This document shows, in pieces, positions 56,001 through 64,000 of a DNA stretch of 64,000 nucleotides. How positions within the stretch are numbered: the first letter of the stretch is position 1; each line of letters starts with the position of its first letter. Both the position numbers and the translations under genes were made by a program. The notes under the pieces are model-generated. The model ran no database searches. It was not told where the DNA came from and saw nothing but the letters and a program-made list of their open reading frames with translations. Origin of the DNA: Perna viridis (lineage: Eukaryota); the NCBI GenBank assembly GCA_037379345.1, contig CM074517.1, positions 21,018,001 through 21,082,000 of the forward strand, given 5' to 3'.

Positions 56001-59000
56001 AAACATTAAGAAGAAGAAAAGTCCTTACAGGGGGTGATTTTGGGTCCAGATGAGCAAAAAAAGATATGCTACATATTTTTATTTTTGATATGTTTTAGTG
56101 GAGAGCACCTACTACACACTCTTGTTAGCAAAACGGGTCTGAACATAACCTTTTTTTCGTACATTTCAAATTGTCAAAAATTAAGAATTTTGGTTACTAT
56201 GGTAACCAGATCTAAACAAATCAGATTGCTTTGTACTTTATTGTAAATTGTTTCTCCTAAAATATACTTTATTAATATAATTATGTAGTTTGACAAATTT
56301 CCACCATTAAATATAAAATAATACATTCAAATTGCGATGTTTTTGTGTTTTTAGGCCCAAAATTGGGGGTTGCTAAGGAATGGTCATTGCTATGGTTACG
56401 GTGGAAACATTTTTCATTTTTTTATATTAATTTTTGTTTTTTCCATTAAATCCTACATATTGCAACTCAATTTGGTTCAAATGTCTGACATCGATAAATC
56501 ACCCACTGCATGATTCTTAGGTGGACTACTACTTAAAAAGAGAAAGACTTGGTCATTATCAGTTTTTTCATTCCCAAAAATGTTGTTATCTTTGAAAAAA
56601 ACTGATAAACTGACAATAAATGAACTAATAATTTGTAAAGCTTTATAAAGGTTTTTTGATAGAACGAATTTGAAATTATTGAAGATAAGTTATAAACATT
56701 TTAGGTTGCTACTTGGACATTAGAATATTTGAATTATGATTATTTAGATATTGACGAGTGTAGTTTGTTGAACAATGACTGTGAGCAAGAGTGTACTGAC
56801 ACCAGAGGGAGCTTCTACTGTAGCTGTAGAGATGGTTTTGTATTAAACTCTGACCAGTCATCGTGCAGCAAAGGTTAGCCATTGATATTTCATATTATAC
56901 CATCCTGTATACACAGTAAATTTATATCACTTGTGTACTACCATGAAAGTTATATTTTATATATTAAGTAAGTTTCATATTATTTAATTCCCCCATATAT
57001 TTTTCTTACTTAGTTTTTCATTTGCGCTGGATTGTTTATATCAGTTATGTGACATTGAGACAAGCGTTGAAAATTGAGAACTGGCATATCATATGCTTTA
57101 TGAAGGCATGTTTAATTAAAAAATACTTACGCTTAAATGGAAAAATCTGAATGTAATGCCAACAGTTGTTTTCTTTTACTCTTCAATAATGCCAACTTAA
57201 TCTATTTATAACTTTTTATCTATTTTAGCTGATAATCCATGTGCAGGGCAAAATATCAACTGTGGCTATGGATGTGAAATGATAAACAATGTCCCACAGT
57301 GCTTCTGTGCACAGAATTATGATCTCAGTTCAGAAGACAATCAAACTTGTCGTAGTAAGTACACTGAGAAGGATTTTTTACTTTTAAGCAGAATTCCATT
57401 TTTTCACAGATTTCATTGTATGAGTCCTTTTTTATCATAAGTTATTTAGGCAAAAAAAAACAATACTCTTGTTTCCTGCTACCAGCAATAAAAAAGATAC
57501 ATAGGTGAGAAAATTATTTTATTTTTTCAAAAATTTTTTACTTTGAGTAAATGAAGAAACAAACAAGACTTCAAGAGAGTTCGAGTCAACATGGCCATAA
57601 AATGTTTAGGGCTGGCACAAAAAACTAGGGTAGGTAAGGTAGCAAGAAACAGACATATTATTTTGTTTGCCCTTGCTGCAATCTCCAACTTTTTTTGGCC
57701 TTGTAAAATCATGTCAGAGATTGTAACCATAAGAAAATAAAACATAAAACAAAACATAAAATCTAATTCTTCAACAATGTAAGTTTTCTGCTTAACACAT
57801 ATAGATGGCCAAAGAAAAAAACTGGAATATTAATTCTAATAATCAACGCATTTCAAACCAGTAAAATTTTAACCTAGAAAAATAAATTGGTAACCTTATC
57901 AATAAAGATATCCATCTTAGTCATCTCTACAGAAACTTATTTGGAGATGTTGTTTTTTTTTCACAGTTTATAAACTGACTTATCAATGTTCATATATTTT
58001 TCCCAATTTCAGTTGTATATAACTGGGTAGATGTGACTTTAACAACAGACTATCCTTATAACAGTAATCTATCTGTAGAGACTTCAGATCTGTTCAAACA
58101 TTCCAGAGTTGATATAGCACCTTCAGTAAGTAGCCAGGGTTGATATATCACATGGTGGATATATCACCTTCTGTTAGTAGCCAGGGTTGATATATCACAT
58201 GGTGGGTATATCACCTTCAGTAAGTAGCCAGAGTTGATATATAACCTTCAGTAAGTAGCCAGGGTTGATATATCACCTTCAATTAGTAGTCAGGATTGAT
58301 ATATCACCTTTAGTACTTAAGTAGCCAGGGTTGATAAATCACCTTCAGTAAGTAGCATGGGTTGATAAATCACCTTCAGTAAGTAGTCAGAAAATAATGT
58401 ATCATAATATACAGGAAACATAAAGTTAAAAAAATTAAGCATTTATATTTCAACAATGAATTAAAATTATATTGTTAAGTTTGGTGATTGATGCCTTTCA
58501 CATAAGGGTGCAGCAGTTGTATTTAGACCTATACACAATATATAGAGGTCAGTCCAGAAAACTTAACAATCTTACAGTTTTAAGTGAAAGACAAATTTTC
58601 CTGCAATTTATTAAAGATCATTTCATATGTTTGTCTCATTTTATTTCTATTATATTTTAGATATACTTAGAAAATTGGCAATACACAGTGATGATAAAAG
58701 TAGTTCACTTAATTAGAAGCATGATCTATTAAATAGCTCGAACATGTGCTTAATAGACTTGTGAAACATTATGTGTATATTTTAATTATATAGACAGTAT
58801 AGTGTAATTACTCTTAATTACACACACACACCATTGTTTACCTCATCTTTAATGGTGAGGTGAATATTGTATGTTTATTTAGACGTAGTGAATTTGATAT
58901 TTTATTTTACAGCTACATAGTGCCTATAAGAGTGTAACAGACTTCCTTTCGTTAACTATCCATAAATTCAGGTAAACTAATGAAACGATTCTTTCTTTGT

Positions 59001-62000
59001 AAACAATATGGTCATATATTAAAATACACCACTTTTTGCTCCTTTTTTTCATACTTTTTAATGCTAGAATTGACAAAAGTAAAGGTCAAATTTTAGGCCG
59101 GTTATTTTAATAGAACTCAGTAGGGCTCAAAATTGAATTTACAGTTACAAGTTAAGATTTTTAAAGCCAAAGGCCCATTCAGTTAAAGTCATATGTCCTT
59201 TATTGAGCAGTTGTTTTGAAGATTCAGGTTATGATAATAGTCTGTAAGATTCCCGTGAACTTGTTTTTCTTCCCTTGTCCATGAAAATTGATATCCACAA
59301 ATTAAAGTGCTTTAACATTTTATGTTACTTATATGTTACTGTTTAGTCTTTCAACAATTAAAAATTTTGAATATATGTCTTTTTAGTTCTGGTAGTACTC
59401 AAATACAGTTCACCATTGTCCTAAATAATAACCTTACTGAGAGCACTATAAAGGAAATAGCCAACATGACGAACAACATCAAGCAGATTGTGGCTTTAGA
59501 GATACCATATAATGTTATTGACAAAAAATCTTTCCTTAGCTATCAAAATATTCAATTAAGTAAGTATAAGAATATCTATTTTGCATGGATTGAAGAAAAA
59601 GAATTTCTGTGCTTTACAACTTTAAAACTTGTTGGAAAATACGTAGAATGAAAAATTAGTCTGATAGAAACAATGCTCAATTTTTTTTTTTTTTTGATGT
59701 TTGAGCATGCTGAAAGCATTTCTCTTCAACATGTATATTTATAATCATCTCTTTCTTAATTTGATGGCATTTTTCATGTTATTAATTTCAGTACCATTGA
59801 CCTGTGCGTTATGTGATGGTACTTGTGTATTACTCTCCGATGCTAGCTATGAATGTAGACCTCCACTGGGTAAGTCTATTAAAACATATAAATTCACAAA
59901 CTCACAATGATGTGAAGTATATATTCTAATGAGAGATTTTCCACCTTTTTACATTTGGTAAATTTTCTACAGATTTCAAGGGAGAAACTGATTTTCCTTC
60001 GGCCTATTTTTTATTTTTACTTTTCTCCATTTTTGATGATAAAAAGTAAGTTTATAAGCATGCTCCCGAAGCTGGCATGTCGAATTTTTTTATTTTACCA
60101 TCTTGCATGGAGAAATAATTTAAATCGCTAATCACTGAAGAAGAATCTATTTGTAAATTGTATATACATGTTTTTACTTGATCATCTTTTTTTAGTTATT
60201 TCTCCAAAATTAATGCAATATTCTTTTTTTCTGCTTTTTCAGCTCAAGTTGAGAACCAGTCGTTGTTTATTAGAATCACACTTAAAAAGAATTTCCAAAG
60301 TTTTTATACCAATAAACTTCATTCAGATTACATAGCTTTTGAAGATGATGTAGAAAAAGCTGTAAGTTTAAACTTAGTAATATAATTCATCAATACAAAG
60401 TAAAAGCTTCAATCAACTAACTCAGGGCTGTTCCAGTAAAACATACATGGGACCCGGGGATGGCATTTAAAAAAAAATATATATTGGTTGTGGGTTGGTG
60501 GAAAATGCATCTATGGCACGGTACTAGGCTTGGAAATTCGCTTCTGTGAGTTGTTGTTGGGAAAATGAAGGAACTTTCTGTTGAAAGCTGTATTTTACTT
60601 TCTCGAAATGGTCCAAAATGAATCCCTGTCATTGTATAAACCTTTAGTATAGTTGAGTTATTCGCTTTTGTTGTGGGAAGTTCGCGCCATTTTTACAGGG
60701 TGTTCCACCCGGAAATCGCCTTGTATTTGGTTTGACATTATTCTCCCCTTATTTTCGGGGTTTTGCTGTGGAGCAATGGTGCGACCCGAGACACCAGAAC
60801 ATCAGAAAAGATGTCAACTTCCGTCGTTTGTTGATGTGGTTCACAAGTGTTCCTCGTCTCTGGATTTTTATGTAGATTAGACCGTTGTTTTTCTGTGTTG
60901 AAGATTGTACTTAGACTTATTATTGTGGTTTATACTTAAATAAATTGTGACTTGGATGGAGAGTTGTCTGATTGGCACTCATACCACATCTTCTTATATC
61001 TATTCAGTGTGTCTGAATTATCATCAAAGCAACTCTTCCACAATTAAACTTTTTTTGAAACTGAATTTGAACAGTTGTTAAATCACTATGTAATCATTGC
61101 ATATTGATATCAGGAATAACCCATTCCAAAACTTCAAAATGAAAGGGTATGGGCTATGGAGTGAATGTGTAGGTGACAAAAACACCAAATTATCAAAGAA
61201 CAGGGCTTTTACTTCTGTTCTTCATCTTAGAAATTGTCAGAGAGTCTACACTAATGGACAAAATTTCCATACCCTTAAACAAGATACCCCCCCCCCCCAG
61301 TGTGCAAATGAGCAGAATTGTCCATATTGATAAACATCAATATTACTTTATACTCTCTTGTGCCTCACCTGCACAGAGTGCATGCAAACTTGAGTGATGC
61401 TTACAGCAGATTTCCAGCTGAAAGTGCTAGGTATACAAGAAGGGAAGTTTTCTTGAAATCACTGATCCCCAATTAAACAAATGGATTTTAGGAAAACTTC
61501 ACACAACTATCAAGGCAATCATATGGATGAACACAGAAATTTCAACTGGTTAGATGAGATACAAAATAGTTCATGGTAATACACCAGCTTCATATACAGT
61601 CACTGTTGTACAGTGTGGATCAATAAAACTTCTGCATTATCATCTATTTCTCTTCACATACCAAATATTATTGACCTGTGATATAAAGTGGTTGTTGAAA
61701 ATTTCCTATGGACAAACACTCTTACAATTGTGAATACCAGAAAGGTAATCCCTATATTCTGGCCTTCTTCGAATTTGCTCTTAGGCAAGACAAAAATCAA
61801 GATTTAGCTATGCATTGAAAAGAGGATATGTGTACATAAAAATGAATGTTAATACGTGAAATGATTTTAATGTACAGATATATGAATGCACAATAGGTAA
61901 AAGCATTTGTCTATACATGAATATATGCAACATGCAAGAAGTAGGCAAAACAGCAAATATATATGTTTTTTAATCCGTGTCTTAGCTAGGCAAAATGGAG

Positions 62001-63783
62001 GGGCCCAGCACCCCGCCCCTCTGCCATATTACCCCCTTGGTGCCCATTAATAATTATCTGAAGATTACACTTTCGTTAATATATTACACCAAGCCAAATA
62101 AGAAGTGTCACCTTCATTTACTGTATCTTGTCGTTATTAACCCTCAGGTATATCTCAAGTAATTATTGGTGATCATTCAGCTGATCAGGGTTGTCGGATG
62201 ATGATCATTTACAAGTAGAAATTGGATCCCGATTGGATCTATCACCATTTCATTGACAGCAAATCATTGGTTAATAATTATTTTCTTTTGTACAATTAAT
62301 TTTAAAAATATTTTCAAGTTGACAGGTCTATGTTATGTAGAACCATGGGTGTAAACAATTGCATGTTGCATATGTTTGTTTATTCAATATGTCAGTTATC
62401 TCTGTCAGTTCATTTCTTTTTAAAATTTTCTATATCATAAACAGTACAGGTAATTTTTCAAAAGTTATAATTACATTAGTTAGAGAAAATAATATGATTT
62501 TGAAAATGAATTGGAGCAATATTGAATATTTGTTAGATTTCGTGCAACATTTTGCCTCATAGTATGTCATAAATGTTAAGAATCACTTGCCCTTAATCTC
62601 CTTTATGGTGTGAAAGTATACTGCTTTAAATTCTACAAAAGTAATATTAATTTTTGTCTACACGTCATTCTTGTATTATTTAATAAGAATACATACATAC
62701 AAGAAAAGCTAAACAAATAAAAAATGAATAAAGATATTTCTGACTTAATGGAAACATAAATTTAAAAAAAAACAACTTCAAATACACCAATGTTCCTTTT
62801 TGGTTGAAAAAACATGCTACGTGTTAAAGTGCCCTCTTCCTTGCCCACCCTCTATTTTCAAATCCTAGCTAGAACACTAATTATGTGTAAATGGAATGAA
62901 GCATTCATGAAATCATGCAATGTCTTGCTATTATCTGTATGAAAAACATGTATGTTACATGCAGCTGAAATATATATATAAAAAAAAGAATTACCATGGG
63001 AATACTGTTGAAGAATATATATGAATTTTAATATACAGATAAATGAAATGACGCAAGCAGTAAAAGTGCTAGTCTATACATGAATATGTGCAACATGCAA
63101 GTGATAGGCAAAACTACAGAATATGTATAAATGAAATGAAGCATTCATGAAATCATGCTATGTATTGCTATTATCTGTATGAAATGTCTCGCATGCAGCT
63201 GAACTATATAAAAAAGTAATGTACCACCATGGGAATACTGTTAAAGAATATTTATAAATTTTAATTTGCTTCTGTTTGTGCCTATAAAACTTGGGTTTTT
63301 ACCTCTATGGGTGGGTAGGAGTGGAAAAATATCACTTCTATGGGAGGTTAGCCCAATTTTCAAGTGCCTTCCCCCAGTCCCATGTATGTTTTACTGGAAC
63401 AGCCCTCAGTAACTCAGTATCAGTTTTATTTTGCAGTCACAGTGTTATCTGTTTTTATCCCTTGTCACAACAACAACATGCATTGTTTCTTGTCTGTGTG
63501 TCTGTTCTCCCATTAAGTAATCATCAATTGTACATAAAAAGGCATTTAGGAATAGAATATGTAAACAGTCAGTTGTAGGTCTTTAGAATGTTACTAGTAT
63601 CTTATGTCTTGAAATTAGTCTTTAAGTTCTCAGATAGGTACTGACAACTTGTGTTGTCAAATATGTATATTGTAAGTATTAAAAAGGAAATTTCTTTTTA
63701 AGTATTACATGATGTTTTTTGCAGATTAAAGACCTAATTAGTGGTATAGAAGGCATAGAATATGTGAATGTAACAGATTTTAG
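3071..63783 (+). CDS. Multi-exon gene (33 exons traced, 5'- and 3'-incomplete): giant MUC4-like mucin, 2 tandem-repeat exons-NIDO-AMOP-VWD-Ig/cadherin-like-EGF array-SEA-EGF-like-SEA
   Basis: Manual splicing at GT-AG sites gives one open frame with compatible phases. Motifs seen: IAPFWAD (NIDO), CPC..QA..D and CCY (AMOP), GDPH and [14 protein letters not shown] (VWD), D-[IV]-[DN]-E-C (cbEGF), F-x-x-GS (SEA). Joining the first giant exon to the rest is inferred from phase and proximity. Confidence 0.88.
3235..14050 (+). repeat. Coding tandem repeat, ~414-bp (138-aa) unit with 411- and 420-bp variants, ~26 copies
   Basis: [19 protein letters not shown] and SVGQFTT recur; the antisense shadow ORFs are spaced 414/420/828/831/834 bp. 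Confidence 0.95.
15225..15354. repeat. 64-bp intronic tandem duplication (2 copies)
   Basis: attagaaaatgattattggagagaatatataattaag starts at 15225 and 15289. Confidence 0.9.
15930..25706 (+). CDS. Giant mucin exon B (~9.8 kb, phase 1-1), Thr/Ser/Val/Gly-rich repeats; 5' boundary uncertain
   Basis: ORF 15863-25765; first available AG at 15928-15929 (alternative starts 15939 and 15954, all phase 1); donor g|gtatgt at 25706/25707. Confidence 0.8.
15960..25500 (+). repeat. Coding tandem repeat, 150-bp (50-aa) unit, ~60 copies, with an 1800-bp higher-order block
   Basis: [50 protein letters not shown] recurs; antisense ORF boundaries at 18613, 20413 and 22213. Confidence 0.95.
25929..26053 (+). 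CDS. Exon, pre-NIDO region ([14 protein letters not shown]...RQIY)
   Basis: ttttag|ag ... tat|gtaagt; phase 1-0. Confidence 0.85.
26407..26534. mobile_element. Short MITE with TIRs cagggcagatccag / ctggatctgccactg and a 5-bp flanking duplication aatgt
   Basis: Imperfect terminal inverted repeats; aatgt at 26402-26406 and 26535-26539. Confidence 0.65.
26915..27238 (+). CDS. Exon, NIDO domain (IYSNGYITL...IIAPFWADI...LKVTWANI...QAE)
   Basis: ttccag|ata ... gag|gtaagt; phase 0-0; NIDO motifs. Confidence 0.92.
27320..27769. mobile_element. MITE-like segment bounded by 18-bp inverted repeats
   Basis: gatctcactgtatcacgg (27320-27337) and ccgtgatacagtgggatc (27752-27769), 1 mismatch. Confidence 0.55.
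28020..28647. mobile_element. Possible non-autonomous element with 10-bp inverted ends
   Basis: actttatagc ... gctataaagt, with a GC-rich subterminal stretch gcgccgcgaagcgg. Confidence 0.4.
30765..31550. repeat. Diverged intronic tandem array, ~205-bp unit, ~4 copies
   Basis: tttaaaattcaaactcc...caaaac and aaaatagtctgagggt motifs recur; units start near 30770, 30970, 31180 and 31390. Confidence 0.75.
32131..32332 (+). CDS. Exon, NIDO domain ([16 protein letters not shown]...STSNT)
   Basis: tttctag|aat ... a|gttagt; phase 0-1; matches the NIDO NTFQxVLxTDG motif. Confidence 0.9.
33344..33597 (+). CDS. Exon, NIDO end and AMOP start (GLWLYKVD...CYDW...[13 protein letters not shown])
   Basis: tttcag|ga ... 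agg|gttagt; phase 1-0; absent from the ORF track, read directly. Confidence 0.9.
33926..34154 (+). CDS. Exon, AMOP domain (KCCYS...DILPFDQCC...CFGYIPPDL)
   Basis: ttacag|aaa ... g|gtaatt; phase 0-1. Confidence 0.92.
34760..35017 (+). CDS. Exon, VWD start with GDPH site (34771-34782)
   Basis: ttttag|gt ... g|gtaaat; [25 protein letters not shown]. Confidence 0.95.
35313..35525 (+). mobile_element. ~210-bp MITE, Kolobok-like (TTAA flank, purine-start TIRs); copy 1
   Basis: ttaa|ggcggtagacctaggattagggac ... gtcccttaccctataggtctacc; homologous to the reverse complement of 44634-44832. Confidence 0.7.
36024..36158 (+). CDS. Exon, VWD ([11 protein letters not shown]...ANFPSS)
   Basis: ttttcag|ga ... 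g|gtatga; phase 1-1. Confidence 0.88.
36604..36807 (+). CDS. Exon, VWD ([19 protein letters not shown])
   Basis: ttgtag|gt ... t|gtatgt; phase 1-1. Confidence 0.93.
37410..37658 (+). CDS. Exon, post-VWD Cys region ([10 protein letters not shown]...[12 protein letters not shown])
   Basis: ttttag|gg ... g|gtaagg; the split codon restores the conserved W. Confidence 0.92.
38540..38750 (+). CDS. Exon, Ig/cadherin-like segment (ENKIPTV...[10 protein letters not shown]...TWTP)
   Basis: ttccag|ag ... ag|gtagag; phase 1-2. Confidence 0.85.
39682..39842 (+). CDS. Exon, Ig-like end plus EGF-like (YYATDSQNG...CKCDVGWT)
   Basis: ttttcag|t ... g|gtttgt; phase 2-1. Confidence 0.9.
40254..40304. repeat. 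Perfect hairpin, 24-bp arms and a 3-nt loop
   Basis: ctcccaaacataacatgaacggcc-ttt-ggccgttcatgttatgtttgggag. Confidence 0.95.
41639..41800 (+). CDS. Exon, EGF ([10 protein letters not shown]...[13 protein letters not shown])
   Basis: tacag|gt ... g|gtaggt; phase 1-1. Confidence 0.92.
42113..43351 (+). mobile_element. Non-autonomous Helentron/HINE (pearl-like) element with internal ~320-bp tandem repeats
   Basis: 5' gctcacctggcc-ttt-ggccaggtgagc hairpin, cgtc-type microsatellite remnant, 3 internal units (~42196, 42523, 42836), 3' subterminal ccaggtgagc and palindrome aggctcc-tg-ggagcct. Confidence 0.8.
43540..43659 (+). CDS. Exon, cbEGF ([13 protein letters not shown])
   Basis: tgtag|at ... 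g|gtaatg. Confidence 0.93.
44634..44832 (-). mobile_element. Kolobok-like MITE copy 2, inverted relative to copy 1, TTAA on both sides
   Basis: ttaa at 44630-44633 and 44833-44836; TIRs aacctaggataggggac / gtcccttaccctaggtt. Confidence 0.75.
45271..45520. repeat. Foldback inverted repeat, ~117-bp arms and a 14-nt loop
   Basis: ...aaaatggggcccaaattttctgccttac [45388-45401] gtaaggccgaaaatttgggcctcatttt...; arms pair out to ataaataagtgaacaa / ttgttcacttatttat. Confidence 0.85.
46958..47083 (+). CDS. Exon, cbEGF ([16 protein letters not shown])
   Basis: tacag|at ... g|gtatgt. Confidence 0.93.
47300..47339 (-). mobile_element. 40-bp 5'-truncated SINE/LINE-type insertion with a 15-bp target site duplication
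   Basis: tatcatcaactgtga (47285-47299) and tatcatcaacagtga (47340-47354) flank a (tgat)n tail plus ggggtttaac. Confidence 0.6.
47617..47745 (+). CDS. Exon, EGF ([18 protein letters not shown]...DGRTCT)
   Basis: caacag|at ... cag|gtaagt. Confidence 0.9.
47710..48210 (+). repeat. 36-40-bp tandem array of exon end plus 5' splice site (10 intact cag|gtaagtca copies)
   Basis: GT at 47746, 47786, 47826, 47865, 47905, 47941, 47981, 48017, 48057 and 48093. Confidence 0.95.
48523..48645 (+). CDS. Exon, cbEGF ([16 protein letters not shown])
   Basis: gacag|at ... g|gttgta. Confidence 0.9.
49681..49935 (+). CDS. Exon, laminin-type/EGF plus cbEGF ([11 protein letters not shown]...[11 protein letters not shown])
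   Basis: ttttag|aa ... g|gtatac. Confidence 0.92.
50338..50460 (+). CDS. Exon, cbEGF ([12 protein letters not shown]...GDGVNCT)
   Basis: ttatag|at ... ctg|gtaagt. Confidence 0.93.
50388..50735 (+). repeat. 98-bp tandem array of exon 3' half plus 5' splice site
   Basis: gtaagtaataaaagaaa at 50461, 50559 and 50657; each intronic unit holds a decayed copy of the exon end. Confidence 0.93.
51749..51889 (+). CDS. Exon, cbEGF ([16 protein letters not shown])
   Basis: tttcag|at ... g|gtaaat. Confidence 0.92.
52231..52362 (+). CDS. Exon, EGF ([17 protein letters not shown]...NFTCT)
   Basis: ttgcag|tt ... g|gtaatg. Confidence 0.9.
52683..52805 (+). CDS. Exon, cbEGF ([16 protein letters not shown])
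   Basis: ttgtag|at ... c|gtaagt. Confidence 0.93.
53065..53313 (+). CDS. Exon, laminin-type/EGF plus cbEGF ([11 protein letters not shown]...[10 protein letters not shown])
   Basis: tttcag|cc ... g|gtaagt. Confidence 0.93.
53795..53914 (+). CDS. Exon, cbEGF ([16 protein letters not shown])
   Basis: ccttag|at ... a|gtaagt. Confidence 0.92.
   Translation: MRMSALKILIPVTRDVSTKWEVIYVHVRMALYSMVLIHV
54820..55995. repeat. ~171-bp tandem array (tttgacc...ggtcaaaggtcaagg), interrupted by an insertion
   Basis: gccaaaa...tttgacc units start near 54822, 54993, 55495, 55668 and 55837. Confidence 0.8.
55040..55372 (-). mobile_element. SINE-like fragment inserted in the 171-bp array
   Basis: (gttt)n tail followed by ggggttta..gcaatatttcagctatat; gggttctttaacgtg core-like motif; the array resumes after it. 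Confidence 0.5.
56748..56873 (+). CDS. Exon, cbEGF ([16 protein letters not shown])
   Basis: atttag|at ... g|gttagc. Confidence 0.92.
57229..57354 (+). CDS. Exon, EGF ([16 protein letters not shown]...QTCR)
   Basis: ttttag|ct ... a|gtaagt. Confidence 0.92.
57448..57673. mobile_element. MITE with imperfect ~36-bp TIRs
   Basis: aggcaaaaaaaaacaatactcttgtttcctgctacc ... ggtagcaagaaacagacatattattttgtttgccct. Confidence 0.6.
58013..58125 (+). CDS. Exon, SEA-1 part 1 ([28 protein letters not shown])
   Basis: tttcag|tt ... tca|gtaagt; phase 1-0; fits the SEA pattern Y/F-x-x-x-L-x-x-x-x-S-x-x-F. Confidence 0.82.
58103..58390 (+). repeat. ~31-bp tandem array of exon end plus 5' splice site (~8 units)
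   Basis: ccagRgttgatatatcaccttcagtaagtag; intact GTAAGT at 58126, 58220, 58251, 58348 and 58379. Confidence 0.93.
58913..58971 (+). CDS. Exon, SEA-1 part 2 ([19 protein letters not shown])
   Basis: tttacag|cta ... ag|gtaaac; phase 0-2. Confidence 0.82.
59387..59559 (+). CDS. Exon, SEA-1 part 3 ([13 protein letters not shown]...)
   Basis: ttttag|t ... a|gtaagt; phase 2-1. Confidence 0.82.
59792..59869 (+). CDS. Exon, 4-Cys EGF-like linker ([26 protein letters not shown])
   Basis: tttcag|ta ... g|gtaagt; phase 1-1. Confidence 0.82.
60243..60361 (+). CDS. Exon, SEA-2 part 1 ([14 protein letters not shown]...[13 protein letters not shown])
   Basis: ttttcag|ct ... gct|gtaagt; phase 1-0. Confidence 0.82.
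60425..63405. mobile_element. 2,981-bp non-autonomous PIF/Harbinger-like element: 29-bp perfect TIRs and TCA target site duplication
   Basis: tca|gggctgttccagtaaaacatacatgggac ... gtcccatgtatgttttactggaacagccc|tca; no transposase ORF visible. Confidence 0.8.
63725..63783 (+). CDS. Exon, SEA-2 part 2 ([19 protein letters not shown])
   Basis: tttgcag|att ... ag|gtttgt; phase 0-2; 59 bp, the same length as 58913-58971. Confidence 0.8.
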
Positions 63784-64000
63784 GTTTGTATTAAGACATC
63801 ATATTTTTCTGGGTAATACACAATTGTTTTTTTTTTTTTTAATCTGAAATTAGCTTTTCTGTTTTTGTTTGTTATCATGTGTTTATTTATGAATTTGTCA
63901 ATTTAGACTTTTTGATTTTCCTAGTTTTTCTTGACCTTGAATGACCTTTAAATTTAATGTTAAAATCATAGGTCACCTTACTTGAATTAGTGATAATAGA

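Noticed and set aside
60417-63578. Identical peptide [11 protein letters not shown] in two opposite-strand ORFs
   Set aside because: Simply the translation of the element's TIRs, not a protein family

Overview
AT-rich eukaryotic DNA. The intronic repeats resemble those of a bivalve mollusc, possibly Mytilus-like (inference). One + strand gene, open at both ends, fills the window and encodes a giant MUC4-like mucin. I traced 33 phase-compatible GT-AG exons by hand, about 8,600 codons in the window. In order they are: an ~11.0 kb Thr/Ser/Glu repeat exon (414-bp units), a ~9.8 kb Thr/Ser/Val/Gly repeat exon (150-bp units), NIDO, AMOP, VWD with a GDPH site, an Ig/cadherin-like segment, a long EGF/cbEGF array and two SEA-like domains. 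No signal-peptide exon was securely found, and any TM/cytoplasmic exons would lie beyond 64000. Introns carry several non-autonomous DNA elements (Helentron/HINE-like, Kolobok-like, Harbinger-like, foldback) and SINE-like fragments. The most unusual signal is that three separate introns begin with tandem arrays, each made by duplicating that exon's own 3' end plus its 5' splice site, which stacks many consensus GTAAGT donors in a row.
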